From an uncultured Eubacteriales bacterium (GTDB lineage Bacteria; Bacillota; Clostridia; TANB77; RGIG9151): DNA of 25,045 nt. The position numbers were made by a program, and so were the translations under genes. The notes below the pieces were generated by a model, which had not been told where the DNA came from, did no database searches, and saw only the letters and a program-made list of their open reading frames with translations. Below are positions 24,302-25,045 of the stretch, in pieces. The first letter of the stretch is position 1. Each line of letters begins with the position of its first letter. The DNA is taken from positions 1 through 25,045 of the forward strand of contig CAYYWT010000006.1 of NCBI GenBank assembly GCA_964475435.1. Reading direction: 5' to 3'.

Positions 24302-25045
24302 CTACTTAATTTGGCTCATAACTTCTTCAGCAAAGTTTTCTTCTTTCTTTTGAAGTCCTTCACCTTTTTCAAATCTTACAAAGTTTGTCAATTTAACACC
24401 TTTAGATGCTAAATATTTTTCAACCTTAAGGTCACTATCTTTAACAAATTCTTGTTGTAATAAACAATTTGTTTCATAAAACTTATTGATTTTTCCATCA
24501 ACCATTTTTTCAATAATTTGTTCAGGCTTACTAGAATTCTTCGGATCTTCTTTAATTTGAGCAACAATAATTTCTTTCTCCTTAGCAACATCACTAGCAG
24601 GAACAACTTCTTTAGTCAAATATAAAGGATTGATAGCAGCAATTTGCATAGCAACATCTCTAGCAGCTTCATATTTATCTTCGCTATCTAATGCACTTTC
24701 AGCTTCAACCAAAACTCCAATTCTTCCACCACCGTGCGTATATGAACATACATTTCCGGCAACACGAACAAAACGTCTTAAATTCATATTTTCACCAATT
24801 TTTGCGATTAATGCAGTAAATGCAGAACCAACAGTTTCATTCTCATATTTCAATTCTTTCAATGCCTCAACATCAGCAGGATTTTCATCAGCAATTAATT
24901 TAGCAACATTGGAAACGAAAGTTTGGAACTCTTCATTTTTAGCAACAAAGTCAGTTTCAGAGTTAACTTCAAGCAAAACTCCTACTTTCTTATCATCAGA
25001 TAAATAAGCCTTTACAATACCTTCAGCAGCAATTCTTCCAGCTTT
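24302..25045 (-). CDS. tsf: Translation elongation factor Ts, 3' portion (5' end lies beyond the right edge)
   Basis: LEVNSETDFVAKNEEF core motif. The frame stays open to the window edge, and the upstream in-frame translation is KAGRIAAEGIVKAYLSDDKKVGVL. The ORF-track start is an internal TTG. Confidence 0.93.
   Translation of the reverse strand, partial: KAGRIAAEGIVKAYLSDDKKVGVLLEVNSETDFVAKNEEFQTFVSNVAKLIADENPADVEALKELKYENETVGSAFTALIAKIGENMNLRRFVRVAGNVCSYTHGGGRIGVLVEAESALDSEDKYEAARDVAMQIAAINPLYLTKEVVPASDVAKEKEIIVAQIKEDPKNSSKPEQIIEKMVDGKINKFYETNCLLQQEFVKDSDLKVEKYLASKGVKLTNFVRFEKGEGLQKKEENFAEEVMSQIK

Overview
AT-rich (roughly one-third G+C by eye, not computed) chromosomal segment. From gene content and SD usage it looks like a low-GC Gram-positive (Bacillota, Clostridia/Tissierellia-like), which is an inference. 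Most of the window is core housekeeping. There is a translation/ribosome-quality-control neighbourhood (rlmD-like methyltransferase, rqcP/yabO, divergent mutS2, RluA-family pseudouridine synthase). A complete eight-gene F1Fo ATP synthase operon (atpBEFHAGDC, no atpI) follows, preceded by a DUF177/YceD gene. The remaining genes are a COG1067-type Lon-like protease, tsaB-rimI, mscL with a C-terminal zinc ribbon, fhs, a single-domain rhodanese and the 3' part of tsf. I saw no tRNA, rRNA, CRISPR array, transposase or integrase. Four loci are not explained by housekeeping. The first and strongest is a self-contained two-gene unit (6873-9886) with its own near-consensus extended -10 promoter and a shared bidirectional terminator. 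It encodes a 128-aa signal-peptide plus helical-hairpin membrane protein and an 836-aa cytoplasmic protein. That protein has a pseudo-receiver-like N-domain, about 290 aa of PKVE-type proline/lysine/glutamate repeats with five near-identical 51-bp units at the core, and a MinD/ParA-like C-domain whose Walker A lysine is missing. The second is a 543-aa membrane-anchored orphan co-transcribed with rqcP. The third is a monocistronic 260-aa orphan on the opposite strand with its own promoter and terminator. The fourth is the Lon-like protease, which has glutamine where the Walker B acid is expected. I also list several strand-specific RNA hairpins and inverted repeats. Family assignments come from motif recognition by eye on the supplied translations, and no database search was possible. 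Several ORF-track starts were moved to SD-supported start codons.
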